64,000 nucleotides of DNA from positions 3,552,001-3,616,000 of the forward strand of contig OZ242296.1 in NCBI GenBank assembly GCA_965207735.1, given 5' to 3'. Of the stretch, positions 39,130 through 48,903 are shown piece by piece; position 1 is the first letter of the stretch, and each line of letters opens with the position of its first letter. The position numbers and the translations under genes were made by a program. The notes beneath the pieces are model-generated. The model searched no databases. It had not been told where the DNA came from and saw only the letters and a program-made list of their open reading frames with translations. This stretch comes from Candidatus Versatilivorator sp. GTDB lineage: Bacteria; Acidobacteriota; Terriglobia; Versatilivoradales; Versatilivoraceae.

Positions 39130-41730
39130 ATGGAGGCGGTCATGACGAGAGGGAAAGCAGAGAGGCGACGCAGCCATTGGCGGTTGCCGATTGCGGGAGC
39201 CGTCCTGCTGGCGGGATCGGTGCTGGCGGCCTTGGCGCTGCCCGGCGTGTCCGTTGCTGAAGAGACTCAGCCGGTGGAGTCGCTCCGACTGCTTCCCGGC
39301 AATCCCCATATCTGGGGGGCTGATGCTTCCCAGCAGTTCCTGCTGCTGGCCCGGTTTGCCGATGGCCTGGAGCGGGATGTCACCGACCAGGCGCGCTACA
39401 ACCTTTCCGATCCGCGGGTGGCCGAGGTCGATGCGGCCGGCAAGGTGGTGGCCCGTTCCAACGGAAGGGTCGTCCTGACGGCCGCCTTTGAGGACCGGAC
39501 GGCCAGCACCCCGGTCGTGATCGACGGGATCTCCGAGGAGAGGCCCTTCAGCTTTGCCCGGGATATCGGAGCCATCTTCACCAAGACCGGATGCAACAAC
39601 AGCGAGTGCCACGGGGGCGTCAAGGGACAGGGAGGCTTGAAGCTGTCGGTGAACGCGCTGTTTCCCAAGGAGGATTACCGCTGGATCACCGAAGGGGGGA
39701 TCTACCAGGTGATGTCGGCGGAGGCCGCCGGGGAGAAGAAGCCCCGAATCGATCTGCAGGATGCGGAACAGTCGCTGCTGTTGCTGAAGCCCACGCTGGC
39801 GGTGCCCCACGGAGGAGGCCAGCGGCTCAATGCGGAGTCCTCCAGTTATCGCATCTTGTTACGCTGGATCCGGAACGGGGCGCCCTACGGCGAGGAGGGC
39901 AGCGAAGAGAGCGCCCGCATCGAGCGGCTGGAGGTCCTGCCCCGAGAGGTGGTCCTGGACCGCAAGGGGCGGCACCGTCTGCTGGTCACCGCCCATATGT
40001 CCAACGGACGCCGCGAAGACGTCTCCGAGCAGGTGCTCTACGAGTCCAACGACCATGAGATCGTGGAGGTGGACGAGGCGGGAGTGGTGACCGCCAAGGG
40101 GATCGGAGAAAGCGCGGTGATGATCCGCGCGGCCGGGCAGGCCACCAGCGCCCGGTTCGGGGTGATTGCCAGGCCCCTGCCCCGGTATCCCGAGGTGGCG
40201 AAAAGGAACTACGTCGACGAGCACGTGTTTGGAAAGTTGGAGCGCTTCAACATCATTCCCTCCGAAACCTCCACCGACAGCGAGTTCCTGCGGCGCATCT
40301 GCCTGGACCTGACCGGAACCCTGCCGCCGGGCGACAGGGTCCGTGAGTTCCTGTCGAGCCGGGATCCCGAGAAGCGGGATGCCCTGATCGAGACGCTCCT
40401 GAACTCGCCCGAGTACGTCGAGTACTGGACCTATTTCTTCAGCGAGATTCTCAGAGTGTATTCCGGGGCGACCCTCAATGCGGAGCATGCGCTCATCTAT
40501 GAGGATTGGGTTCGGAAGAACATTGCCGCCAACGCTCCCTACGACCGGATGGCGAGAGAGCGGCTGGCTGCCCAGGGCTTCAGCGGTCCGGCCTGGTCCT
40601 ATTGGACCTTTCGGGACCTGACCCCGGTTCCCGAAATCGCCACCGAGCAGATCCGGGTCTTCCTGGGACGGAGGCTGGGGTGCGCCCAGTGCCACAACCA
40701 TCCCTTCGAGAACTGGAGCCAGGATCAGTTCTGGGGGCTGGCGGCCTTCTTCGGCGACATGACGCAGATCATGGAGGTCGAGAAGATACGGGGACCCTAT
40801 TTCGTCATTGACGACATCGAAGGACATGGTCGGCGCAAGGATCGAAGTCCGGCCAAGATCCTGCATCCCAGGACCAAGGAGCAGGTCCGGCCCAGCTTCC
40901 CCGACGGCAGCCTTCTTCCCGACAGTGAGCGGCGGGATCTGCGCATGCGATTGGCCGAATGGATGACCGCGCCGGAAAACCCCTACTTTGCCGAGGCCAT
41001 TGTCAATCGCATCTGGGGTCACTTCTTCGGACGGGGCATCGTGGAACCGGTGGACGACTTTCGTGCGACCAACCCGCCCACCCATCCCGAACTGCTGAAG
41101 GAGCTGTCCCGGGATTTCGTGGACCACGGCTACGATCTGAAGCACCTGTTGCGAACAATCCTGCGCTCTCGAACCTATCAGTTGTCGGGACAGGCCAACG
41201 AGACCAACCGGGACGACAAGGTCAACTATTCCCGGGCCTTGCCCCGCCTGCTGGAAGCGCCGGTGCTGCTGGATGCCATCACTCATGCCACGGGAGTGGA
41301 TTCGGAACTGGTTGTCTCCGACAAGCCCGATGCCTCCAGCGGCGCTCCTCCGGGCACGCGGGCCATCAACCTGATTCCGGGGATGGTGCCGTCACCCTTT
41401 TTCGAGGTCTACAACCGCAACGATCGCCGGGGCGTGCCGGAAAACAAGCCCCAACTCACCCTGCTGCAGAGCTTGCACCGGCTGTCGGGACCGACCTTTA
41501 CCAGCCGTCTGACCCAGGAAGGGAGCCGGGTGGACCGTCTGCTCAAGGAAGGGGCCGGCGATCGTCAGATTATCGAGGATCTCTATCTCTCGGCTTTCAC
41601 TCGCTTTCCCACGGACCGGGAACTCTCCGGGCTGGAGGCCATGCTGGCACAGCAGCCGTCGCGCCGGGAAGGGTTGCAGTCTCTGACCTGGGCGCTTGTC
41701 AGTTCGCGGGAATTTGTCCATAATCACTGA
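39130..41730 (+). CDS. DUF1549/DUF1553 domain protein with Ig-like repeats
   Basis: F.DG.ERDVT, CNNSECHGG, FLRRICLDLTGTLP, LGCAQCHNHPFE, NRIWGHFFGRGIVEPVDD, NPPTHPELL, EFVHNH. Confidence 0.9.
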   Translation: MEAVMTRGKAERRRSHWRLPIAGAVLLAGSVLAALALPGVSVAEETQPVESLRLLPGNPHIWGADASQQFLLLARFADGLERDVTDQARYNLSDPRVAEVDAAGKVVARSNGRVVLTAAFEDRTASTPVVIDGISEERPFSFARDIGAIFTKTGCNNSECHGGVKGQGGLKLSVNALFPKEDYRWITEGGIYQVMSAEAAGEKKPRIDLQDAEQSLLLLKPTLAVPHGGGQRLNAESSSYRILLRWIRNGAPYGEEGSEESARIERLEVLPREVVLDRKGRHRLLVTAHMSNGRREDVSEQVLYESNDHEIVEVDEAGVVTAKGIGESAVMIRAAGQATSARFGVIARPLPRYPEVAKRNYVDEHVFGKLERFNIIPSETSTDSEFLRRICLDLTGTLPPGDRVREFLSSRDPEKRDALIETLLNSPEYVEYWTYFFSEILRVYSGATLNAEHALIYEDWVRKNIAANAPYDRMARERLAAQGFSGPAWSYWTFRDLTPVPEIATEQIRVFLGRRLGCAQCHNHPFENWSQDQFWGLAAFFGDMTQIMEVEKIRGPYFVIDDIEGHGRRKDRSPAKILHPRTKEQVRPSFPDGSLLPDSERRDLRMRLAEWMTAPENPYFAEAIVNRIWGHFFGRGIVEPVDDFRATNPPTHPELLKELSRDFVDHGYDLKHLLRTILRSRTYQLSGQANETNRDDKVNYSRALPRLLEAPVLLDAITHATGVDSELVVSDKPDASSGAPPGTRAINLIPGMVPSPFFEVYNRNDRRGVPENKPQLTLLQSLHRLSGPTFTSRLTQEGSRVDRLLKEGAGDRQIIEDLYLSAFTRFPTDRELSGLEAMLAQQPSRREGLQSLTWALVSSREFVHNH

Positions 41731-41772
41731 GTCTTGCGTTCCGGCTTGGCCGGACACAAACAGGAGAATCCG

Positions 41773-43104
41773 ATGAAAAGGCAAGGAAGGGTCCAAGAAG
41801 CTTGGCCGCATCTCCGGGGGAGACGGGAATTCCTGAGGGTGGGCGCCTTGAGCTATCTGGGCCTCGGCCTGAGCGATTATTTCCAGTTGTCCAACCTCAT
41901 GGCTTCCCCCAACGCCAAAAAGGCCAAGGCACAGTCCTGCATTCTCATCTGGATGCACGGCGGACAGAGCCATCTGGATACCTGGGACGTGAAGGGAAAC
42001 AGCGGCTTCAAGCCCATCTCCACCAATGTGCCCGGAATCCAGATCTCGGAGCTGCTGCCCCGGGTGGCCAGGCAGATGGACAAGCTGTCGATCATCCGCT
42101 CCATGAAGAACGAGTCCAACGCCCACTCGGAAGGATCCTACTACGCCATGACGGGTCACATGCCGACCACCACCACCCGCTTTCCCAGCGTGGGCACCGT
42201 GGTCGCCAAGGAATTGGGCACGCGCACCAGCGTTCCGGCCTATGTGACCACCGGACGGGGTCGACTGAACTGTCGCAGCGCCGGGTTCGTGGAGCCCCAC
42301 TACGAACCTTTCATCATCCCGGAGCCGGGAGCCAAGGATTTCAAGGTCACCGACCTGGTCTTGCCCGATGAGGTCTCGGCGGACGCCCTCCATGCCCGAC
42401 ACGCTTTCTTGAAGCTGGTGGACGAACGCTACCGGCAGATGGAGAACCACGCCAACTTCGCCAAGGTCGACTCTTTCAACGAGAGGGCGCTCAATCTCAT
42501 TACCTCACCGTCGGTCCGCAACGCCTTCGATCTCACCCAGGAATCGGAAAAGACCAAGGAGGCCTACGGGCCCGGAAGGTTTGGACAGGGGACGCTGCTG
42601 GCCCGCCGGCTGGTGGAAGCGGGATGTCGATTTGTGACCATCGACGGCTGGAACAAGGAAGCCAAGCACGATTGGGACACCCATTACAGGAACGACTACT
42701 ACGTGAAGGAACAGCTCGTTCCCCCCTTGGACCGGGCCCTCTCCACCCTGCTGGTTGATCTCAAGGAACGAGGACTGTTCGAGTCGACCATCGTTCTGGT
42801 GATGGGTGAGTTCGGCCGCACCCCCAACATCAATCCGGGCCGTGGGCGAGACCATTGGGGTCACTGCTGGTCCCTGGTGCTGGGAGGCGGCGGCATCAAG
42901 GGAGGCCAGGTGGTGGGAGCCAGCGATGAGCGCGGGGCCTATGTGGCGGAACGTCTCGTCACCATCGGGGACCTCTTCGCCACCGTCTACAAGGCCCTGG
43001 GCATCGATTGGACCAAGACCTACACCGGTCCCGGACGCCGGCCCATCTACATCGCCAACTCCATCGGCGACAAGCAGGGAGAGCCCGTCCACGAGCTGGT
43101 TTGA
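41773..43104 (+). CDS. DUF1501 domain protein with twin-arginine leader
   Basis: RREFLRVG, GGQSHLDTWD, LLARRLVEAG, WDTH, GEFGRTP, GRDHW. Confidence 0.9.
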   Translation: MKRQGRVQEAWPHLRGRREFLRVGALSYLGLGLSDYFQLSNLMASPNAKKAKAQSCILIWMHGGQSHLDTWDVKGNSGFKPISTNVPGIQISELLPRVARQMDKLSIIRSMKNESNAHSEGSYYAMTGHMPTTTTRFPSVGTVVAKELGTRTSVPAYVTTGRGRLNCRSAGFVEPHYEPFIIPEPGAKDFKVTDLVLPDEVSADALHARHAFLKLVDERYRQMENHANFAKVDSFNERALNLITSPSVRNAFDLTQESEKTKEAYGPGRFGQGTLLARRLVEAGCRFVTIDGWNKEAKHDWDTHYRNDYYVKEQLVPPLDRALSTLLVDLKERGLFESTIVLVMGEFGRTPNINPGRGRDHWGHCWSLVLGGGGIKGGQVVGASDERGAYVAERLVTIGDLFATVYKALGIDWTKTYTGPGRRPIYIANSIGDKQGEPVHELV

Positions 43105-43114
43105 CAACGCAAGG

Positions 43115-44374
43115 CTACGTTCCGAAGTAAGTTTCCCCTTCCATCAGGTATTTTCGGGTTTCCTCTTCGTCCAGCTCCACCCCCAATCCCGGTCCCTCGG
43201 GAATATCGATAAAGCCGTTGCTGATTGTGGGCCGGTATCCCTTGAGGATGCGGTCCCAACCGGGCATGGCGTGGAACTCCAGCGCCAGCAGGTTGGGCAT
43301 GGCGGCGCAGGAGTGAACGGCGGCGGCAATGCCGATGGCGCTGGAGGCGTTGTGAGGACAGGTCTGCAGGTGGTGGATGTCGGCCAGGTCCGCAATCTTC
43401 TTGGATTCGGCAATGCCGCCGCTGACCTGGATGTCGGGGGCGACCATGCGGGCGGCCGACCGCCGGAAGAATTCCAGGAACTCGTGGCGCAGGTGGAGTC
43501 CCTCCCCCACCAGTGTCGGGGTGTGCGAGGATGCCGTCAGGGTCGCCCAGGCCTCGACGTCGGTAGCTGGGATTGGATCCTCCACCCAGGTGAGGTCGAA
43601 GGGCTCCACGGCCTTGAGGTAGCGCATGGCGTTGGACAGGGTTCCGCAGCGGGCCTCGACCGAGATCTCCACCTCCTCGCCGACTTCCCGCCGAATGTCC
43701 TCGATCTGACGGACCAGCCGGCTCAGGCCCTTACGCGTCAGGTGACGGTCCATGACGGCGCCCGGGACCCCAAACACCTTGGGAGGCGTGGCATCGAATT
43801 TCAGACAGGTGATGCCCAGCTCCCGATAGACGTCGGCCATGCTCTGATAATCCTGCAGGTCTCCCACGCAGCAATAGAGGCGCACCCGGTCCCAATGCTT
43901 TCCCCCCAGCAGCTTGTATACCGGCGTGCCCAGGGCTTTCCCGGCAATGTCCCAAAGGGCGGTTTCCACGCCGCTGGCGGCATGGGCGGCCACGCCGCTG
44001 TCGAAATGGGCGGCGCCGAAATTGCTGTAGGCCCGCCCCATCATCCGTCTAAACAGCCTCTCGACGTCGGTGGGATCCTCGCCCAATAGCAACTGGCGGT
44101 AGCCCAGCACATGGGCTCGGGCGGATTCATTGGCCCAGGTGTCGCCGTAGCCGCTGATCCCCTGGTCGGTATCGATGCGGATCAACATCCAGCGCCGCCG
44201 CCAGCCCCAGTCCACCTCCAGCATGGTGGTCTTCACGTCGGTGATGCGAATCTCGGGCTTCGGCTCGGTTCCCGCGGCATGAATGGAATTCCGATCGTGA
44301 CCGGAGCCCACCATCAGGGCGCCGGCCGCACCGGTTAGCGATGACAGAAAGTGGCGGCGATCGAAGGCCAGCAT
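43115..44374 (-). CDS. mandelate racemase/muconate lactonizing (enolase superfamily) acid-sugar dehydratase-like protein with Tat signal
   Basis: DRRHFL leader, TDQGISGYG, ETALWDIAGKALG.PVY.LLGG, WVEDP, GE, PHN, PGLGVE. Confidence 0.88.
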   Translation of the reverse strand: MLAFDRRHFLSSLTGAAGALMVGSGHDRNSIHAAGTEPKPEIRITDVKTTMLEVDWGWRRRWMLIRIDTDQGISGYGDTWANESARAHVLGYRQLLLGEDPTDVERLFRRMMGRAYSNFGAAHFDSGVAAHAASGVETALWDIAGKALGTPVYKLLGGKHWDRVRLYCCVGDLQDYQSMADVYRELGITCLKFDATPPKVFGVPGAVMDRHLTRKGLSRLVRQIEDIRREVGEEVEISVEARCGTLSNAMRYLKAVEPFDLTWVEDPIPATDVEAWATLTASSHTPTLVGEGLHLRHEFLEFFRRSAARMVAPDIQVSGGIAESKKIADLADIHHLQTCPHNASSAIGIAAAVHSCAAMPNLLALEFHAMPGWDRILKGYRPTISNGFIDIPEGPGLGVELDEEETRKYLMEGETYFGT

Positions 44375-44559
44375 GACAGTCCTCCTATGGTTGGATTAAA
44401 GACGGCCGGCCCTCTCCGGGGTGCCCCGGCCGGATTGGCTTCCCCCTGAGGATGCGGCATAATTCAGCGGTGTAACTTCCAGCCTAGGTGGCCGCGTTCC
44501 ACAACGGGGCCTCTCTCGGGTAACCAAGTACCTGCAAGAATCGATCATCAGGAGGAATC

Positions 44560-45837
44560 ATGCAAGCGAGAAAAGGAATTCCCGGTTTGACTCTGGGTCT
44601 GATTCTGGTCTGGGGCGGTTGCTCGGGACCGAATCCGCCGGTTCGGAGCCAGCCCGTGGTGGAAGTGGGAGTCAGCCGGGTCATTCCCAGGGCCGCGTCA
44701 GAGGGCCGATGGAGCGTGGGACCGCTGTTGTCGCTTCAGGACGGAGCACTGGTTCTGGGTGACTCCGGGTTTTCCCATCGGTCCACCGATGGAGGGCGTA
44801 CCTGGTTGCAGGCGCCGCAACTTCCCAGCCGCCAACTGCTGCAGCTTCGAGATGGATCCCTTTGCGTGCTGGATCCCCTGACCCGGCATGCCGGGGAGCG
44901 CGGACAATTCGTGGGCCGCCGTCTGGAACTGACCGATCTGGATGACCCCTCTTCCTGGACCGAGGATCGGTGGATGGAACTGCCGGTGAGGGTGGAGCGC
45001 TGGACCGACCTGCACGGCGACGACGGGCGGCCCGTCACCACCTTCAGGTTTGGCGGCCCGATGCTGGAACTGGAGGACGGCACTTTGCTGACCGCCAAGG
45101 GCGGGAATTTCGTGGGCGACACGGCGCCCATGCCGGGGTTTATTCCGACCAAGGGGGAGAAGTGGTTCAAATATCGCACCTTCCTGCTGGCATCCACCGA
45201 CCGCGGCCGGAGCTGGCACTATCGCTCCACGGTCGCCTATGACGGCGTCAGCGGGCAAGAGAGCTTTTGCGAGCCGGCCCTGGTGGCTCTGGGCGGGGGC
45301 GAGCTTCTCAGCGTCATGAGGACCGGGCGCTACGCACCCATGTACCAGGCGCGCTCTCTGGACGGGGGAAAGACCTGGGGACCGCCGGAACCCTTGAAGA
45401 CCTTGGGGCTCTCTCCCATGATGGTGCTTCTACCCAATGGCGCCCTGGTATGCAGCTTCGGATGGAGGCCCTTCAAGGCCATCCCCTCCCAGGTGGACGG
45501 CGGGGCCTACGTGGGAGCCCTCCGGGACTACGGGCAGCGGTACCGGTCGCTGGTCGGCATCGAGGATCCCTCCGCGGCCGCCGGGGACTACGTCATGGCC
45601 AGCTTCGACAAGGGACACACCTGGAGCAGGCCGACCAAGGTTGCCGACCCGCTCACGGTGGGCTATACGCTGCTGGCGCCGACCGGTCCCGATACCTGCC
45701 TGCTATTGTCCCGCCGAATCGTGATCGAAGGGCTTTCGAGAGAGGAGGTCCTTCAGAAGTGGGAGAGCGAGTGGCACGATTGGAACGATAAATCCGGCGC
45801 CGTCATTGAAGCTCGCGAGATCCGGGTGACCCGGTGA
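44560..45837 (+). CDS. BNR/Asp-box (sialidase-like) exported lipoprotein
   Basis: lipobox-like WGGC; Asp-boxes STDGGRTW, STDRGRSW, SLDGGKTW, SFDKGHTW. Confidence 0.82.
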   Translation: MQARKGIPGLTLGLILVWGGCSGPNPPVRSQPVVEVGVSRVIPRAASEGRWSVGPLLSLQDGALVLGDSGFSHRSTDGGRTWLQAPQLPSRQLLQLRDGSLCVLDPLTRHAGERGQFVGRRLELTDLDDPSSWTEDRWMELPVRVERWTDLHGDDGRPVTTFRFGGPMLELEDGTLLTAKGGNFVGDTAPMPGFIPTKGEKWFKYRTFLLASTDRGRSWHYRSTVAYDGVSGQESFCEPALVALGGGELLSVMRTGRYAPMYQARSLDGGKTWGPPEPLKTLGLSPMMVLLPNGALVCSFGWRPFKAIPSQVDGGAYVGALRDYGQRYRSLVGIEDPSAAAGDYVMASFDKGHTWSRPTKVADPLTVGYTLLAPTGPDTCLLLSRRIVIEGLSREEVLQKWESEWHDWNDKSGAVIEAREIRVTR

Positions 45838-45865
45838 GCTGAAGCATTTGAGGGACTGACCACAA

Positions 45866-45935
45866 AGGCAAAAAGAGTTATCCAGGAAGTTACACGAAGG
45901 AGGAAGACGGGCCACGAAGAAAGACAAGAAGGGGA
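45866..45935 (+). repeat. purine-rich ACGAAG repeat, copy 1
   Basis: AAAAGAGTTATCCAGGAAG...GGGCCACGAAGAAAGACAAG, similar to 51738-51802. Confidence 0.7.
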
Positions 45936-45998
45936 ACGACGTACAACCTTGACTGGGTGGGTTGCGTCGCCGAGAAGCGGCGGCAAGGAACCGGTTCG

Positions 45999-46769
45999 TC
46001 ACACCTGAATCGAGAAACCGCCATCGACCGGAATGGCCGCGCCGGTTACGAAATCGGAGGCGGAAGAGGCCAGGAAAACGGCCGTTCCCGCACAGTCCTT
46101 CAGGTTTCCCCAGCGGCCGGCCGGAGTTCTCTTCAAGACGTGATCATGCAGGGTGGGAACGTCCCGGCGGCCCTGCCGGGTGAGGTCGGTGTCGATGAAG
46201 CCGGGAAGGATGGCGTTGACCTGAATGCCGTCCATCGCCCAGGCCGTGGCCAGCGACTTGGTGAGTTGGACGACGCCTCCCTTGCTGGCTCCGTAGACCG
46301 GGCTGAAGGGCGCTCCAAAGATGGACATCATGGAGCCGATGTTGATGATCTTGCCGCTGCCTGCGCTCTTCATGGCCGGGTAAGCCGCCCGGGAGCCGAG
46401 AAAGGTTCCGGTAAGGTTGACCTGCAGCACCTCGGACCACTCCGGCAGGGTCAGTTTCTCGGGAGTCTTGCGGATGTTCATGCCGGCGTTGTTGACCAGA
46501 ATGTCCAGGCGCCCGAAGTGGTCCACGGTGGATTGCATCAGGGCTTCGACCGAGGACTCGTCACCGACGTCCACGCTGACCGCCAGCGCCTCTCCCCCTT
46601 CCTCTTGAATCTTCTGGACCACCTGCCGGGATTTTTCCTCGTTCCTGGCCGCCACAACCACTCGCGCCCCCGCTTCGGCGAGACCCCAGACGATCCCCAG
46701 GCCGATGCCTCGGTTGCCTCCGGTGACTACGGCGACTTTTCCACTCAGGTCAAACGACGCATATATCAT
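45999..46769 (-). CDS. SDR-family oxidoreductase (KduD / gluconate 5-dehydrogenase-like)
   Basis: TGGNRGIG, NNAG, YGASKGG, PAGRWG, VDGG. Confidence 0.9.
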   Translation of the reverse strand: MIYASFDLSGKVAVVTGGNRGIGLGIVWGLAEAGARVVVAARNEEKSRQVVQKIQEEGGEALAVSVDVGDESSVEALMQSTVDHFGRLDILVNNAGMNIRKTPEKLTLPEWSEVLQVNLTGTFLGSRAAYPAMKSAGSGKIINIGSMMSIFGAPFSPVYGASKGGVVQLTKSLATAWAMDGIQVNAILPGFIDTDLTRQGRRDVPTLHDHVLKRTPAGRWGNLKDCAGTAVFLASSASDFVTGAAIPVDGGFSIQV

Positions 46770-47038
46770 GGTTCGGGGAGCTCCAGTTGGGAAAGGGCGC
46801 CGGAATCGAAAGGGACCTGTTCGTGGCAACGCGACGAGAAATACGGGCCAGGGCCGGCAGTTCTTCAAGAGCCCGGCCTGTGCGCCGATCGCGTGTGCGC
46901 AGGTAGGTACCACAGTCCAAAAAGGGTTGTCAAAGGCAAATATTGCCCGCCAAGGGCGCCTGGGACCGTGCCGGCGACCGTGATATAGTCTGCTGCGCAT
47001 TTCACTTGCCGCTGCCGCGGGTTCAGGAGGCCGCCTCA

Positions 47039-47560
47039 ATGGATGACTTCAAGTCGCTGATTCGTCACGTTCCCGATTTTCCCAAGAAGGGCATTCTCTT
47101 TTACGACATCACCACTCTCCTCAAGCAGAAAGGGTCCTTGAAGGAGGTGACCGAGCGGCTGGTGGATCTCTACCGGGACCGGGCCATCGATCTGGTGGTA
47201 GGGATCGAGTCCCGGGGGTTCATTTTTGCTCCCACCGTGGCCTGCGAGCTGGGCGCCGGCTTCGTTCCGGTCCGGAAACCGGGGAAACTCCCGGCCGAAG
47301 CCATCGTGGAAACCTATGACCTGGAGTATGGCCAGGACAGCCTCGAAGTCCACCGGGATGCCATCCGTGAAGGTCAGCGGGTTCTGCTGGTGGACGACCT
47401 TCTGGCGACCGGGGGAACAGCGGCCGCCGCCGTCCGGCTGATTCGGCGGTTGGGGGGTCAGTTGGTGGGCGCGGCCTTCCTGGTGGAGTTGGAGTTCCTC
47501 AACGGCCGCAGCCGCCTGCCGGACGTCGAGGTCCGCTCCGTGCTGCAGTACCAGGAGTAG
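47039..47560 (+). CDS. apt: adenine phosphoribosyltransferase
   Basis: [40 protein letters not shown]. Confidence 0.97.
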   Translation: MDDFKSLIRHVPDFPKKGILFYDITTLLKQKGSLKEVTERLVDLYRDRAIDLVVGIESRGFIFAPTVACELGAGFVPVRKPGKLPAEAIVETYDLEYGQDSLEVHRDAIREGQRVLLVDDLLATGGTAAAAVRLIRRLGGQLVGAAFLVELEFLNGRSRLPDVEVRSVLQYQE

Positions 47561-47609
47561 CGCCGCTCACCTTCCCGACCTTTGGCAGATCCCGCTTGAT
47601 CGTTCTGCA

Positions 47610-47632
47610 CCCCTTCGTGGATCACTCTTTTT
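47610..47632 (-). repeat. partial copy of the ACGAAG repeat
   Basis: reverse complement AAAAAGAGTGATCCACGAAGGGG. Confidence 0.55.
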
Positions 47633-47660
47633 CTTTTGTTTCAGACAAACGTGGGCCCGG

Positions 47661-48704
47661 CTACCGCCGCCCTTGGCCTGCAGCCAGCATTCCGTCGATC
47701 TCCTTTTGAAGGGTTGGGGCAATGGGGGAGTCGGGGTGGTGTTGGAGGAACTGGTCCAGGTAGAACTGGGCCTGGTTGGGATCCTTGTTGAGCAGATGTA
47801 TCTTCACCAGCAGTCCGAATGAGGGCGCTGCCCTGGCGGGCGCCAGCCGGGTGGCCGTTTCCAGGTGCTGCTCGGCGGCGTAGGAGCGACCTTGCTGAAA
47901 ACGGGCTTCTCCCAGGGCCTGGTGGACTTCGGCGAAGCTGGGGTCGTATTCCAGGGCCTGCTGGTATCGCTGGATGGCCTGGTCGAGCTTCCCCTGGTTG
48001 TGGTAGATGACCCCCAGATTGAAATTGGGCCGGGCCGTATTTTGCCGGAGCTCGATGGCCCTCAGGTAAGCCCGGGTGGCATTCGCCCACTGTTCCAGAG
48101 CCTGATAGTGCACCCCCAGGTTGTAGTGGGCCTCGAAGAATTCGGGTTGCGCCCGCACGGCCTTCCGGAGGTGCCGGATGGCCTTGGCCCGGTCTCCCTT
48201 GGCAGCTGCCGCCGAGGCCTTCAGGTAAGCCTGACCCGCCTTCCTGCTGACTTTCTTTGACCCTTCTTCGGTCTTGCGATCGGAGGGTAGGGAGCCGTAG
48301 GCCTTCACCACCTCCCGGAAGGAAGCGGATTCGTTGCCCTTGAGCCGGATATCGAGGACCACCGTACGGGGTTCCTTGTAGTTCCGGATCTGCAGGGGGC
48401 GGCCGACGGATGCGAAGTCGGGTCGTTCGATGGTGAGAAGATACTCCCCCGAGGTCAAGGAGCCGAAGCCAAAAGAGCCGTCGTACCCTACCGTCTTGCG
48501 ACCAACCTGGCTGCCGTCCTCCCTGGAGAGAACCACGCTGATGTTCTGGCTGGGACGCCCGTCTTGAGTGAGGACCCGTCCAGCCACCGAATGGTGGATG
48601 GGCTCCTCCCGTCCGTCTGTCTTCTGGGCCGCGGCTGTCGCTGGCACAAGGGCGAGAAGCGCCGGCAGGATCAATGGCCAGCGCATTTGACGACGATTTC
48701 CCAT
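47661..48704 (-). CDS. exported protein with carboxypeptidase-regulatory-like domain and TPR repeats
   Basis: signal peptide; G.V...DG.P...DGSF.F..L..GEY.L; repeated A.YNLG..Y TPR units. Confidence 0.85.
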   Translation of the reverse strand: MGNRRQMRWPLILPALLALVPATAAAQKTDGREEPIHHSVAGRVLTQDGRPSQNISVVLSREDGSQVGRKTVGYDGSFGFGSLTSGEYLLTIERPDFASVGRPLQIRNYKEPRTVVLDIRLKGNESASFREVVKAYGSLPSDRKTEEGSKKVSRKAGQAYLKASAAAAKGDRAKAIRHLRKAVRAQPEFFEAHYNLGVHYQALEQWANATRAYLRAIELRQNTARPNFNLGVIYHNQGKLDQAIQRYQQALEYDPSFAEVHQALGEARFQQGRSYAAEQHLETATRLAPARAAPSFGLLVKIHLLNKDPNQAQFYLDQFLQHHPDSPIAPTLQKEIDGMLAAGQGRR

Positions 48705-48828
48705 TCCCCTGCTCCTGCCTCTGCCCCTGAATTTAGACTGAAGCTTGCCTCTCCGGAAATTCTAGGGTGCCGCCGGTGTCAAAGTCAAAATCGCCTGTTC
48801 CGCTGTTCAGCCGCCTCCGGCACGTCCC

Positions 48829-48858
48829 TTGACGGTCATTCCCCGGCAAGTCTATGAT
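48829..48858 (+). promoter_or_regulatory. sigma70-type promoter for uvrA
   Basis: TTGACG-N18-TATGAT. Confidence 0.45.
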
Positions 48859-48903
48859 GACAGGTTTCGATCGAGTCCCGGTTTCATTCCTGGGTCGACC
48901 ACC

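Noticed and set aside
45866-45935. Short repeats as a CRISPR array
   Set aside because: No regular repeat-spacer periodicity and no cas genes
48797-48880. LexA box (GTTC-N7-GTTC type) upstream of uvrA
   Set aside because: The GTTC pair is spaced by 4, and the N7-spaced candidate has two mismatches
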